DNA of 64,000 nucleotides. Origin: Nageia nagi (Eukaryota > Plantae > Pinophyta). The stretch covers positions 163,060,001-163,124,000 of the forward strand of contig JBITNC010000001.1 of assembly GCA_050084985.1 (NCBI GenBank), in the 5' to 3' direction. The notes below the pieces were generated by a model. It searched no databases, was not told where the DNA came from, and worked only from the letters and a program-made list of their open reading frames with translations. Shown here one piece after another: positions 50,746 through 64,000 of the stretch (positions are counted from its first letter, which is position 1; every line of letters starts with the position of its first letter). The position numbers and the translations under genes are program-made.

Positions 50746-53700
50746 ATATAGTATTATCACAATCCACCTCAAGACATTGTTTGACCTTAAGTATCATCGA
50801 GGATTTGAATGCATTATGTTTGAATAATGCTATGGTAATGACAAGTTTGATAAGGGAATATGTATCATTTGTGACAATTTGATGCTGGTTTCGAGAAGTT
50901 GTGACACAGGTCACCTCAAGATGGAGAAATGATCCAAAGACCCTAAGGACCAGAGGTGAATTGATGATAGGAACATAATGGTAAGAAGGAGGAATTGATT
51001 GGCATTGATTCGCTGACACACCCTATGACCATCGTAAATCATGCAGTTGCATGTAGAATAATTGCTATGATTATTGATGAAAATATGTTTGCAAAAAATA
51101 TATGGATTAACCTTACTCTATAGAATGAGGTGACTGTCGCAAGTAAAGGTGTGTTTCTCTTATTTTATATTTTTGAAATTCAAATTTTAAATAGAAGGAA
51201 AAGAATATACCTTATCTAAATTCAAAAATTTACATAAGGTTAAGAAATAAATTTTAAAAAGGGATAAAAGGTAAAATTAAAGTACCTATGCTATTGCCAT
51301 ATAGAGCTAATAGTAAAAACACTATTAGATTAAGGTCTTCTTGTGGTGTTACAAGATATTTAATGGGTAGAAAAATAATGGAGTAATGACTCTATCTAGT
51401 TTTATTTTCTTATGTTAGGTATGGATAAAAGTTGACACTCATTTGTCAATTAACAAAAAGGGCTCCAAGTTATTTAATACCATTTCAATCATTCACAACC
51501 TTGAGCAAACCTACCCAAAAATTATTAAAGGTATGAGGAGACGTTCATTTGGACACACTTGAACCTCTTTGGCTATAAATAAAGAGGTGGAACCTTAAGC
51601 AAAACACCTAGTTCTTAACTCTTTATTTTTATTCTCAAGCTTGGTTGTAAAGTTACATGAAGAAAAGAAGTCTCTCTTCCCTCTCCAAGTCAAGGTGCAT
51701 TCTTTTATATTTTCTTTAAAATGCCTAGTTATGGTAGTAGTCCTATTTGATGTTATTTATCAAAGATGTATAGTAGGATATTTGCTTAAATTTTATGAAA
51801 TTTAATTGTTAATAGGAGTTTTGTTCTTTAGAAAGAGATATACTGCTTGTTTTAATTATTACACTACATATGCTAGTGGGCACTTTATGTCTTGGAAAAG
51901 AAGAAGAAATTAATAATTCCTTTCCAACCACATTGGATTTAAGTACAATGTCTACCTTGCTTTAATGGCCGATTAGACTACTCCTATTGCACCCTCTTTT
52001 TTGCGTATGATTCACAAAATGCATTTGTAAAATTTTTGAGTTTCTCTTTAAACTTTCCATCCATGCTTCTACATTGCATATCTATTTGCAAATAGTTCAT
52101 TTTGTTTCCATGCTTACATTCAAAACCATTCAAAATAGTCTTTAATGTATCTCCATACTGAAATTGTGCATTTTCTTAGCGGTATACACCAACAAATTGA
52201 TGAGAAATCATGTCAAGCACTCTGTGATGGACTTCAAATCCTTCCTTGCATGCTTTCACACTAGCAAAATGTTGGTAAAGGTTTTAGAGTTTGATTGTGC
52301 AGTATCATGCACTATCAAAATGTAGAGAATGGATAAATTTTATCTTATTCCATTTAAAGTTTTCACTTTGCCATTACCTATTATCATTGTATGGTAATGT
52401 CATGGTATCAGTTTCCTCTCAGAATTAACCCTCTCACCTTGCAATTTTTGCCAAAATCTCATTTGATAAGCAAGCATTCGAGTATCACTTATTTTAGGTT
52501 TAGATTAACTCAAAATTTTAAATACCCATGAATGTATTTCACATTCTACCCTTATTTTCTAGCTAACCCTCCACCTCCTTCAACATTTTCCTTGGCAATG
52601 CGAAAGCACTCATCAATGTATTTTAGAAAAAATATAGAGATTAATAGGCTTGAATCTAATATTGTGAATGCGCTGTAAAAATTAGACATAACTATTAACT
52701 CGTAGCTTATCCCTTTTAAGAGTGAATGATTCCTTGGATTTTATAAAGGTATGAGATCTTTCGTATAATATAAAGATAAAAGGACTAAGAATACTAAAGG
52801 TTAATATTGAAAATAATAAATTTAGTATGGTAAACTATAGAAGTAATGGTTATTATTAAATGCTTGTAAATTGTAATCTTTTGGTATTAAATTTAAAGAT
52901 TTGACTTAAAAAAACATAGTACAAAGTTATAATATGGAGGAACAATATAATGGGTATGGATTACTAATAGCTAAATAGAAGTTTAAAACAAAGGAGATTA
53001 TTTATGATTTGAAGAAAAGTTATTAAATTTAAGTGCATGATGTTTTATAAACTAATGACAAAGGAAATGAGAAATTTCTCATGAGGTCAAAAAGGTGTTT
53101 ATTTTGGTAAATCATATTGCATATAAGAGGGTTAAAAAACTAAGGGTTGTCCTGATCCTCCTCCCTTCTACTACTTGACCTAATCACAAAAGGTTCATGA
53201 AGATGCTTGTTGCTCGAAGATTGATGGAGATATTTGATGGCTAAAATACGATAATCAAAATTATAAGGCATGGAAGAAGTTGAACCTCAAACCAATGGAT
53301 ATTAAATGATACAACTTAGAGTTGTATTTCTTTACAAGCTATGATGTATTATCACTGTTGTAAGAACTTATAATAAATCATGAAGCTTTGTAGTTTATTG
53401 AAGTAAATATCATTAATTTAAATGCTTTATGGATGGATACGACCCTTGTACAATTAATTAATGCTTCTTAGCTTAGAGCTAGTCATGATCAATGAGAATG
53501 GCCTTGTATTTATGCTTTGTTTATAGTAATTTTATGAATTGATTATTATCCTTTCAATTATGCCCCATTTTTATATATACAAAAAGTAAATGATTTTACG
53601 AAATGGTTTATTTTGTAAACTATTAGGAATTTAAATAAATAAACTCCTTTTCATTTTGAATGATATTGTGATACAATTACATGAATAGGAGTAGGGAAAT

Positions 53701-56484
53701 TGATTAAGTCTATAATCCCAATTAACCCAAAACTATCACAACAATTTAGAAAAAATCCTAGAATAGAGTTAAGGTTCCCAATGATAATTTGTGATCATTT
53801 GGAATATTGCAGGGACTCTTGGGATCAACATGGATACAAATGGGACCTAATGGAATTAAATGGGATCGTATGAGATCCTTTGGCATGAATGCAAGAAAAT
53901 AATGAAGAACCTTCACCAAGTAAACCTACCCTACTAAATGAAAAATAAAAGGAATATTCCTTATGTGAGGACCACTTAATGCCACATTACTTTTGTAGCA
54001 ATAGTGGCTAGACCTTACCTCATGACTTACTACTTTATGTATGCATGAGGAATTTTAAAAAGTAGATTCATATATGTGATACAATACGTATAAGATAAAT
54101 AGAATTATGTGACTTCCTAAGCAAGCTTATAACCAAGACTTCTAATGTACACCTCATGGGCAAAGATGAATGGTGTTAAACCCTAGAACTTGTGTTGTAC
54201 ATGGTTTCTTGTACCCTCTTCATTGCTTAGGAACATTAGTCTATGGTTAGTAGGCCATGGGTGGTTCTTTTTGTCAACACATTTAATAATAAATTAGACT
54301 AAATAACCACTTGAGGATATTGTTTAATATCCATGGCTCCCCAAGTTATGGGCACGAGGCTATCAGACCACATGGTGGGCCTAGTTGATAGTTATGGGTA
54401 GGCTAGTGACTCATATCCTTCGATATGTGATTTAGATGGGATAGCAATCGAAAAAATTACTATCATTGGGTGAGGGTAACTAGTAGTCATACCACTTGTA
54501 GTTAGCAGATAAGGGTATAATGATTATTTCGTAGGTGACACTACCCACTCATATGGAAGTTTTCCTATGACAAGCTATTTGTTCCTATGAGATGGAGAGT
54601 TATCATCAGGTGATGATTTTAACTTAGTGTAAGTGTGATCTTCTGAGTCGTATGGGCCTTGAATAAAAAACCATTATGCCATGATTGAAAAGCCTATTGC
54701 ACATGGTACATGGAATAGGAATGGTGAGGTTACTTTTGATGCATCTTCTCAATAGGGTGATCATTGAGGAGTGAACACCAAAAAAATTTATCAAGGTTGG
54801 TTACCCTAGGTTCTTGACCAATGTTGCCATGTGAGTGCTGAACTAACTAGCAGCATTATCAAGCTCATGTGGAATCACTTGGTTCATTCCTAGAATATCA
54901 AGTGTTAAGCTAAATATAAAAAAAATTAGGTCTAAAATTTAAGGTTCTAGTTGATAAGAATAGTGGATGCGTTATAAGTACACTTTCAATTTATCATAGA
55001 GATTTTCTTAGATTCCTTCATGTTCATTTTGAACTTGAAGCTTTTTCCATTTTACCTCTCCATTATTTATAGTAAATTTATTACTTATTACAGTGTCATA
55101 ATTTGTATCCAACCCCTCCTCTATTCTTACTAACTTCATGTTGAATGTTTAAAGTGACCCCTAAATGTATAGATAGAAATTTATACCAAACACTCAAATG
55201 TATGAAAGGCGAGTCTTATAGGTAATGCAATACATAATATAGATCAACATATAACAATAATATGATATGTAACAATAAATAAATATGAAGTAGCAATGTA
55301 TAGATAAAGCAATGCATTATTAATAAAATGATCAAGAGATAAATATCTATAACTTTACCTGGATGATCAAAGCTATATGCAGACAAAGACTTGTCAGTAG
55401 AAGTGAGATCTTAGGATATGGTCTTTAGAGTTGATCGGGATCACAACTTAGCATCAATGTTAGACGTAACATCCATGTTTATAAGAGCACATGTATTAGA
55501 GCTTCTACATATTATTGTGTGCATCCAAGATCCAATAGCAATATGATGTAACAACAAGCCTAATCTAGCATATAATTGCAAAAGATGGAATGAAATATGT
55601 TCAAGTAATAACAAGGATCCCAATATCAATAAGCGATGTTGAGAAATAACTAAAGAATTGGTGGTATCAGCTATTACAATGAAATCTTTATTAGCTTTCC
55701 TATGTGATATACTTACCTTTATATGTAAGAGAACCACTGTAATGCACGTATACAAGTTAGGATTGATGCTAGTGTACCTTGCATAATAATAGATAATTTT
55801 ACATGAGAAAGTGCTTAAGTGGAATAATATAAGTAAAATATCATTATAATTAGACATAAGTAACATTATAGTTAGTTAAAAACACCATGGGGATCTAAAT
55901 TAAGTGTCAAAAATTACCCCTCTTTGTATGTTTAATTCAAGTGAAATGAAATTATGCTTGCAAAGAAAAGAAGGAAAGAAAAAAAAGTACTTCCTAAATC
56001 TTAGAGAAGCATATGGATTAATAAATGTTTGACGATGTATGTTTCCCCCTCTTTTTGTATTTGTGGTAGGAGTGGCCATGGAAATCAAGTGTAATCAAGT
56101 ACAAAGAACATGTGATGATATAATAGAACACAACATCTCCAAAGAGGATATATAAATTCATCTTAAATATATACATCATTAAAAAGAGAAAATATGAAAT
56201 TAATATAATACTGTAGGATAACATTCTATTATATAGTATCATAATATCATCATAAGAGGTGTATCATCATGAGGTACTATTCCCCATTCCTAGATATGTA
56301 CGAGCAAGGATGTTGTCATGAGTTATGCTACCCCATTTTTGGATTCTAATCCAAAAAGCATCGTCATTAAAACATCTAGTAATTCATTCATAGTCATCAT
56401 CATAGAAGTAAATATTTCCCCATTCATGGATAGTATTTTCATGGTAGCATAAGATATGCCATTCATAAATATAAAGAATAAAGT

Positions 56485-56707
56485 TGATGATTTATAACCT
56501 CAATAAATAAAGGGATACTTAAATAATGAATAATGACTGTTGATAACCTCAATCAACAAATGGATACTCAAAAAATCATGATTGATAACCTAAATCAATA
56601 AAGGGATACTCTAACAGTGATGATCAATAATCTCAATCAACAAATGGCTACTCTAATAATGATTATCAAAACCCTTAACCAACAAATGGATACTCTAACA
56701 ATTATGA
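56485..56707. repeat. ~42-48 bp minisatellite, 5 units
   Basis: Core gataacctcaatcaacaaatggatactc recurs five times. Confidence 0.85.
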
Positions 56708-57559
56708 ATTATGAATTGGCTATTATGAACATAACAATATGATATTACATAATATTATAGCAGCGAAAGAGCTAGTGAATTATAAATTATAAATAGTGTA
56801 CATAACACATGTGAGTATATGAAGCAAATGTATCATAGGAAAAAAGGAAAGAGTAAATATTTCATAGAACTTACTATCAAAAGTGCCTGAGGGTATTCCC
56901 CCAAGTATTTAAATGTGAATCGCAATATTTTATCTTACCAGTGTCAATGCTTACTTGAGCATTGGTGCTATTCCTTTTAAACTAATGAGATATGATTTTT
57001 CTACCCCAAATTGACTATGATTTGCTCCCAACATTCTAATTTGTTTTACTAAATTATGACTGTAATCTATCATATGAGTTTTATTTGAATGGTTTGACTA
57101 ATTCATCTCATGAGACCAATATGTATTTTTTGGACATGCCTATTATATTCTTGAATATATTGTGGTTTATCTTATTTATTTCCAACTAAAAAATCCTACC
57201 ATATTGAATTTAACTCTTTTTGAATCTTATATAGTAGCATTGTTGATGCTAACATTATCAATGATGTAGTTTAAGAGTTCATGCTTGTATACATGCTTAA
57301 TAAATGATATGAAAGGAATTATTGGGTATATGTATCTTACAATGGATATGATAGTCTCATATGTATTTAACATCCAAGGGAAAGATAAGGGACCTAACAC
57401 ATTTTCATTTTAGTTTACATGCCCTAGTTTTTATGTTAAAATTGACCAAATGAGTTTTATTTCATTATTTTCATTCTAGTTTTTTAAGCTTTGGACTTAG
57501 GGTTTATTGAATTTATGTGCAAAAAGAAAGAGGAGGTTATATTTTGAGTGTTAGGGGAG

Positions 57560-57620
57560 TAGTTTTAAGTTTGTGATTCAAAATGTATCATAGTTTTAAA
57601 TTTGTGATTCAAAATGTATC
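57560..57620. repeat. 31-bp tandem duplication
   Basis: tagttttaaRtttgtgattcaaaatgtatc twice. Confidence 0.85.
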
Positions 57621-57904
57621 TTCCAACCTGACCATAATATGAAGTTAACAAAGGATATAAACCATTGGGCATACCTGCTACATGAGAATCGTATATTCCT
57701 CCATGTGGTAAGTGTCCTTAATTATTTTTATTGATTTTATTATTTGTATATTAAAAATTGAGGAAATAAATCAACTACCAAGTCAAATTTGAAATTGCAA
57801 AATTGTATAATCTAGGTACAATGTTACATCATTATTCTCATCGTTAAGGTTAGTTTTATGTGCATGTGTCTAGTTTTTCACCATAGATTTTAATTTATCT
57901 TACT

Positions 57905-60900
57905 TGTTTATTTGTAAAACTTAGATAACTATGTTGTACTGAAGTTCATCACATACATATTTCATTCATATACTTATATTAAATCCAACTATATATACAC
58001 CTATAATGTGGATGCTCCAAAAGAGACTATTTTTAGGGCATCAATGTTGTACAATTAGTTGAATTCACTTACAAAATTAAGTATGCAAGTGCAAAATTAT
58101 TGATCAAAGATATAAAATAATGAAAATCAATCAATCACATAAATTAATTTAAGAGATTTATGTTGGTTCCTACCAATGTAGGAGTACATCCAGTTTAATA
58201 GTTCCTCTTCTTCATTATGAGGATTTTACATGGATTTATACAAGATCATGGACAAACATACCTCAGAGAAAAACAGTCCTTCTTTCCTATCCAAATCCTC
58301 CAAAATCTCCTTGAATCAAATGAATATGAATTATTCAATATAAAAAATATCATAAAAACCTCATTAACTCTTAAACAATGAATTCTATAGGCAAATATAT
58401 AGCCTTGGAGTATTGCACAACTTCTTGAACCAACAAAATCTCTTCCTAAAAAAATATGGCAATTGAAATTATATTGATATTTGAGTTTCGCTATTCAATA
58501 TATTTGAAGGTTTGATGTCCATACTCTAAACTAGGCCTTTATGACATCCACGTTGTGTATCCTATGGATCCTTCACACCAAATCACTAGAGTATGTCTAA
58601 TTCCAAACATAAAGATACATGGTGCGTATATCTCTATCCATGGAATATCATAATTCCAAATTGGCCCATTTAGATCATGCATCCCCAATGGAAAAGGAAT
58701 TTGGTGCCACAAATTCTTAAGTACGTATATGATGAGGAAATAATTCCCCCAACATAGCTTTATCATACCATTTCTTCTTAATAGGTAAATATACTTTCAA
58801 CCCCGCCAACCAGATTTCTTGGTCACCTCCCCTTGTATTATGAACCTTCTTTTGTAGGATTGAATCTTTCCTAAGCTTATTCATGGTGTTTGAATCTAAG
58901 TCATCAATTAATGGCAAAACTTGCCTTGTCTCCTACTCTTCCTCAATTAGCATGGATGACTCAAATAATTTCAAGTTCTCTACATTCACAACTAAGTATA
59001 TATCCATGTACGAAGATATGTATATAATCTAAAAGCATTTTCACTTACTTGCTCCATAATATGAAATGGTCCATATCTGATAGGTTTAAACTTCTTGGCT
59101 AGTACTTGTAGTCTCTCTATCCTAAATTACAAACAAAGTTGATCCTCTACTTGGAACTTGTGGTCAACCCTATGCTTGCCATGCCTCAACTTATATTTGT
59201 ATTGGTTATCTTGAATTTGCTCTTGAACTGTCAAATGAATTTTACTTATCTTTTCAATGAATTGTTCAATTTACTTATATTCATGCATAACTAAAAAATC
59301 ATCATTTTATTTCTCAAACATAATTAAAAGGTGATGGAGGTAAAAACCCATAACATATTTCAAATGGAGATTTATTTGTAGAATAATGAATTGTGTTATT
59401 ATATGAATGTTGAATAAATATAATATGCTCTTCCCAATACTTCAAATGCTTGCCATAATAACCTCTTAAAAATTCAACCATTGTACTATTCACCACTTCA
59501 GTTTTCCCATTTTTTTGACAATGAAAAGTAGTGCTCGTTTTCAGTCTAGTATCCATATTCTCCCATAAAGAGTCCAAAATTTATTTAAAAATCTAAAATC
59601 TCTATCTAAAATAATAAAACAAGGTAACCCAAAATGAACCTGCATATGAGAAAAGAAGAGTTCAATAGCTTTCTAACCCATTATAGTCTACTTACATAGA
59701 ATTAGCACACACATCTCACTAAATCTATCAACAATTAAAAATAAATAATCATACCCTTTCTTGTACTAGGGTAATTTTCCTATAAAATCCATTGAAATAC
59801 TATCCCAAGGATGATGAAGGACTGGAAGTGGTTGATAGAAACCCAATTTCCTATTGCTAGGTTTTCTAGTGTAACATATTACATACCCTCTTATATACTT
59901 TCCAACTTGCTCTTGTATTTTTTACCAATACATATAGCTTTGTAAATTTGCAATTATCTTACCAACCCCAAAATGTTCAATAAATTTCAAAGTATGATAT
60001 TCTTTGATCAACCTAATTCTTTCTCCCTTAGGGACACATAATGCATTATTTTTATGGACTAGGCCATATTTAATATGAAACTCATCCATACCTTCATAAC
60101 TTGGTGTAGATGATTACTTCAACTTCCTATACACCTCCCCAACATTTGCATCCTGCATATATGACTATAGAAATCCCTTAAAGAAAAATGGATAAACTTT
60201 CATGACTATCAAAGATATCATTCACTCTTAGCATGACATAGACATTGTAGTTTTAGGCTCATAGGATGTCAACATTGTAGTTGTTGTTACTAGTGGCTTG
60301 GAAAGCATATCAACAATCTTGTTAGTGCTACCTTTCTTGTATTTTAATATGATGTGGAACTACTACAAAAACTCCATCCATTTGAAGTGCCTTTCTTAAA
60401 CTTAGATTGAGTTTGCAAATATTGTAATGCTTGATGATCAGTAAGAATTATTATCTCCTTTCCCATTAGGTAATGCTTCCACTTCTTTAGTTCACTTGAA
60501 CCAATGCATACAAATCCTTATCATATGTAGGATAGTTCAAAAATGCCCCATTTAACTTCTCATAATGGTAGCAAATAAGTATTCTTCTTGCATCAATTTG
60601 CCCCCATGGAATACCCACTAACATCAATCTTAATATTAAATGGATGTTGTAAATTAGGTAATATCAAAATAGGTGCATTACTAATATTTTCCTTTAGTAA
60701 GTCAAAATAAGTTTTTTGTTTCTTTTCCTATACAAAACCTTTCTTCTTTTCTCCTGTGATATCAAACAATGATGAAACAACATCGAAAAAAATCAATAAT
60801 AAACTTTTTAAGGTATTGAGAAGCCCCTAGATAATTCTTGGTTTCTATCATACTGCAAGGTCTTGGCTAATCAACAATAGCTCTAATATTTTTATGATTT

Positions 60901-63900
60901 ATTCTAAGTTATCCTCCACCAATGACATGTACTAAGTACACCAATGATGTCTTACCAAACTCATATTTACTAGCTTTTGATAATAAATGCTCCTTTTGCA
61001 AAGTTTATAACACCTTCCTAAGATGCTCCAAGTGTTCATCCCAAGTACAATTATAGATCAAAATATAATCAAGATATACAACAACCAAAGAATTAATATA
61101 TTGCATAATAAAATTATTTATCACCCTTAAGAAAGTGGTAGGTACATTACACAACACAAAAGGTAAAATTAACCATTCATATACACCTTGTATAGTCTTG
61201 AACATAGTCTTCCAAATTTCCTCATCTTTGATTCTCACTCTATGAAACTTTCTCCTCAAGTCCAATTTGGTGAAATACATGTCCCCTTGCTATTGATCCA
61301 ACATATCATCTATTTGAGATAATGGATAATGATTCTTGATGGTTATCTTATCCAAATTCCTATAGTTAATGCATACTCTCCATGATCCATCCTTCTTATG
61401 AACAAGCACAATAAGTGAACCATATAGAGATGTATTGTATCTTATCATGCCTTGGTTCACTAACTCTTGAACTTGTAATTTTATCTTCCCTTTATATAAA
61501 ACTAATTGTCTATACAATCCTAAGTTAGGAAGAGGGGAATCAAGTAACAAGTAGATTTTATATTGAATTTTTGACAATGGTAGTAATCCTTTTGGCCTAG
61601 TAAACACACCTTGAAACTCCTGCAACAATTTCTATATTTTATCCTCCTTACTCAATGACATTCATATAATAGTTTTAGTTTGGAAGGGTTACAACACCAT
61701 GCATTTTGCAAAATCATCTTTTGTAGCTCTGACTATAAGCAATATAAATTTCTTACTAATGTTTATCGATCTTTTTACTTGACTTGTTGTAACCAAAGAT
61801 ATTTTTTTAATAGTCTTAAAGGCATGAACAATATAGAGGAAATGGATTGTTAAGTACTACACCATAAATATCAAGGGGTACCACATCCAAAACTACTTAA
61901 TTAATAAAAATAGAGGAAATGGTAAAATTCAACTTACATTGCTTTGTTGCTTGTAATCATCGTGAACCCATTCCAATGGGTATGGTTGTGGGTGCTTCTC
62001 TATCTTCAATCCCAAATTTTGTATCAAACTCTCAATAATTAGATTTTATTAAGAACTAGGATCTACAATAGAATCAACCTTTTTTCCCTTAATTTGGATC
62101 TTTACATGGGATAGTGAAGTTCTTTTCTTCTTAGTTTGTTTACCATTTACAACTCCATCAGCTGTTGTATGCTCAAGGTTTTCATCAAAGCCTCCACTAT
62201 CTTCAATATCCTCACTCTTAGTTACCATTGCATTCTTCTTCTCTAGATTCTTCTTCTTCTTGTATGGGTGTAAATTGGGGTAAAGCTTCCAACACTTATC
62301 ATCCACATGTCCATCTTTATCACAATGTGAACAATATCTTATATCACCTTACTTCTTTGAATTATTTATGATTTTCTTCTCTTGTTTCCTTCTTTTAGCC
62401 TTTTCTTAAGTTGTATTTTCTTATTGGTTCCCCTTATTATTTTAATTCTTCTTGGAGTTCTCAAAATATTGTTTATGTCTCCCATCTTCATCCAAGTATT
62501 AAGCTTGCACACAAACTTGATCAAAATTAGTAGGATTAATCAACAAAATCAACTTTTGCAAATGAGTATATAAACCTCCAATGTACTTTATCAAATTTAA
62601 AGTATCCTTGAGTGAAATCCCAAGTAAAGTTTCTTGCCTTCTAAATTAAATGGTGTATTTTTGGATTGATTATCCTCTTTGTTGTTGAATAAATTTTGAT
62701 TTCATAAGTTGCTTATTGTGATGACCCAAAGGATAGAATTGATCTCTCAACAAAACCTTGAATTCTTCCCAATAAGAGATGGGTTTTTGGTCCTTATGTT
62801 CAAGGGATTCAACATGACTCTCATACTAAACTAATGCATGACCTTCCATTTTAAGTCTAGCACACAAAATTTTCTAAGCATCATTTTCAACACAATTAAC
62901 CTAAAACTATACCTCAAGTTGTTTCAACCCATTATTGAGCTTCTCAGCATCTACTTTAACTCCAAATGTAGGGATGTCCACTTAGGACTCAACTATGAAT
63001 GCCAAGGATGTAGTACAATGAGAAGGCCCAATATCATCAAATGATATTTTATCAAACTCAGGTATCCTTGGCTCCTTTCTGGTCCATATTCCTTGAAGTA
63101 ACTCCATGATTCTAGCCATATTAGTCTCAATTTCAAGAAATATCCTTTCAAAGTTTGAACTCAAATCAACATCAATTTGTGGCTACCTTATTTTGTTACC
63201 TTCGTAATCTTTCGCTTAATTGGCTCTTCTATGTATTATTCCAATCTCAAAATCAGGAGGAAACAACTTAGCTCTTTGACACCTTCCATCTTGCATTCAA
63301 AAATTCCTAATCAACTGGAACTAGTTCTCTAATACCATGTATTCTATAAAACTTAGATAGGTATACTATACTAAAGTTCATCATATACAAATTTCATTCA
63401 TATACTTATATTAAATCCAAGTATATTAAAACTATAATTTGGATGTTAAAAAAGACTATTTTTAGGGCATCAACATTGTACATTTAGTTGAATTCACTTA
63501 CGAAATTAAGTATGCAAGTACAAAATTATTGATAAAATACAAAAATAATGAAAATTCAATCAAGAAAATAAAATAATGTAAGAGATTTATAATGGTTCCT
63601 CCTAGTGTAGGAGTACATCCAATTTAATAGTTCCTCTTCTTTATTATGGGAATTTTACATGGATTTAATTATAAAAGATCATGGAAAAATATGCCTCAAA
63701 CAACAACAATCCTTCCTGCCTCTACAAATCCTCCAAAATCTTCTTGAAATATAGAATAAGAACTTTTCAAAATGAGAGTCTCACAAAAACTTAATTGACC
63801 CTTAACAATGATTTCTACAGGTAGATATATAGCCTTTGAGCATATTACAACTTCTTGAACCAACAAAACATCTTCATAAATAGTTATAGAAACTAAAATG

Positions 63901-64000
63901 ACCTTGACCTTTGAGTTTCCTCACTCAAGCTATCAAAAGGTTCAACATTCACATTTTTTTTACTATGGTTCCTTCATACCAAATCACTATACAATATCTA
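57905..64000 (-). mobile_element. Degenerate Ty3/gypsy chromovirus-type (CRM-like) LTR retrotransposon; 3' LTR ~57905-58677, 5' LTR 63338 to beyond window
   Basis: 57905-58600 aligns with 63338-64000. tRNA-iMet PBS complement ctctaatacca at 63327-63337. Gag zinc knuckle (CSHCDKDGHVDDKCW), PR 'VDSIVDPSS', RT 'KKDGSWRVCINYRNLDKITIKNHYPL', 'YFTKLDLR', INT 'HCQKNGKTEVVN', chromo-like tail at 58717-58917. Confidence 0.9.

Larger units (their letters stand above)
51135..57900. mobile_element. Non-coding, decayed LTR-like repeat sequence (probably large gypsy LTR pieces)
   Basis: No recognisable coding domains; LTR-style TATA context ggctataaataaagagg at ~51570; internal minisatellites. Termini and TSD not established. 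Confidence 0.3.

Noticed and set aside
55085-55115. Possible LTR end plus tRNA-Met PBS (tgtcata atttgtatcc)
   Set aside because: Too degenerate, and no partner LTR or TSD could be identified.

Overview
AT-rich nuclear DNA from a large-genome land plant, most likely a gymnosperm (inferred from the TE families and ORF styles, not proven). Two host genes lie on the minus strand. One is the nuclear-encoded chloroplast ATP synthase gamma subunit (atpC, 12243-13360), intronless and split by one missing base at ~13032. The other is a small plant protein of unknown function (47711-48103), overlapped by an upstream ORF carrying eight in-frame His-containing 7-aa repeats. The rest is nested, decayed repeats. 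These include a full-length Tat-clade Ty3/gypsy element (14380-22754; both LTRs, near-perfect TSD, tRNA-Trp PBS, extra RNase H) and a short non-autonomous relative (1-4802) whose 5' LTR contains a multi-template insertion copied from DNA 4-10 kb away. There are also five RTE/RTEX-like LINE insertions sharing a 3' terminal motif, L1 and Ty1/copia remnants, a solo LTR with a perfect TSD, a putative tRNA-derived SINE and a chromovirus-type gypsy element (57905 to beyond the window end). The 13.7-41 kb interval is a local tandem segmental duplication (3 copies plus a partial one) that contains a regularly spaced array of fixed-geometry dyad motifs. All alignments were done by eye, so boundaries of decayed elements are approximate.
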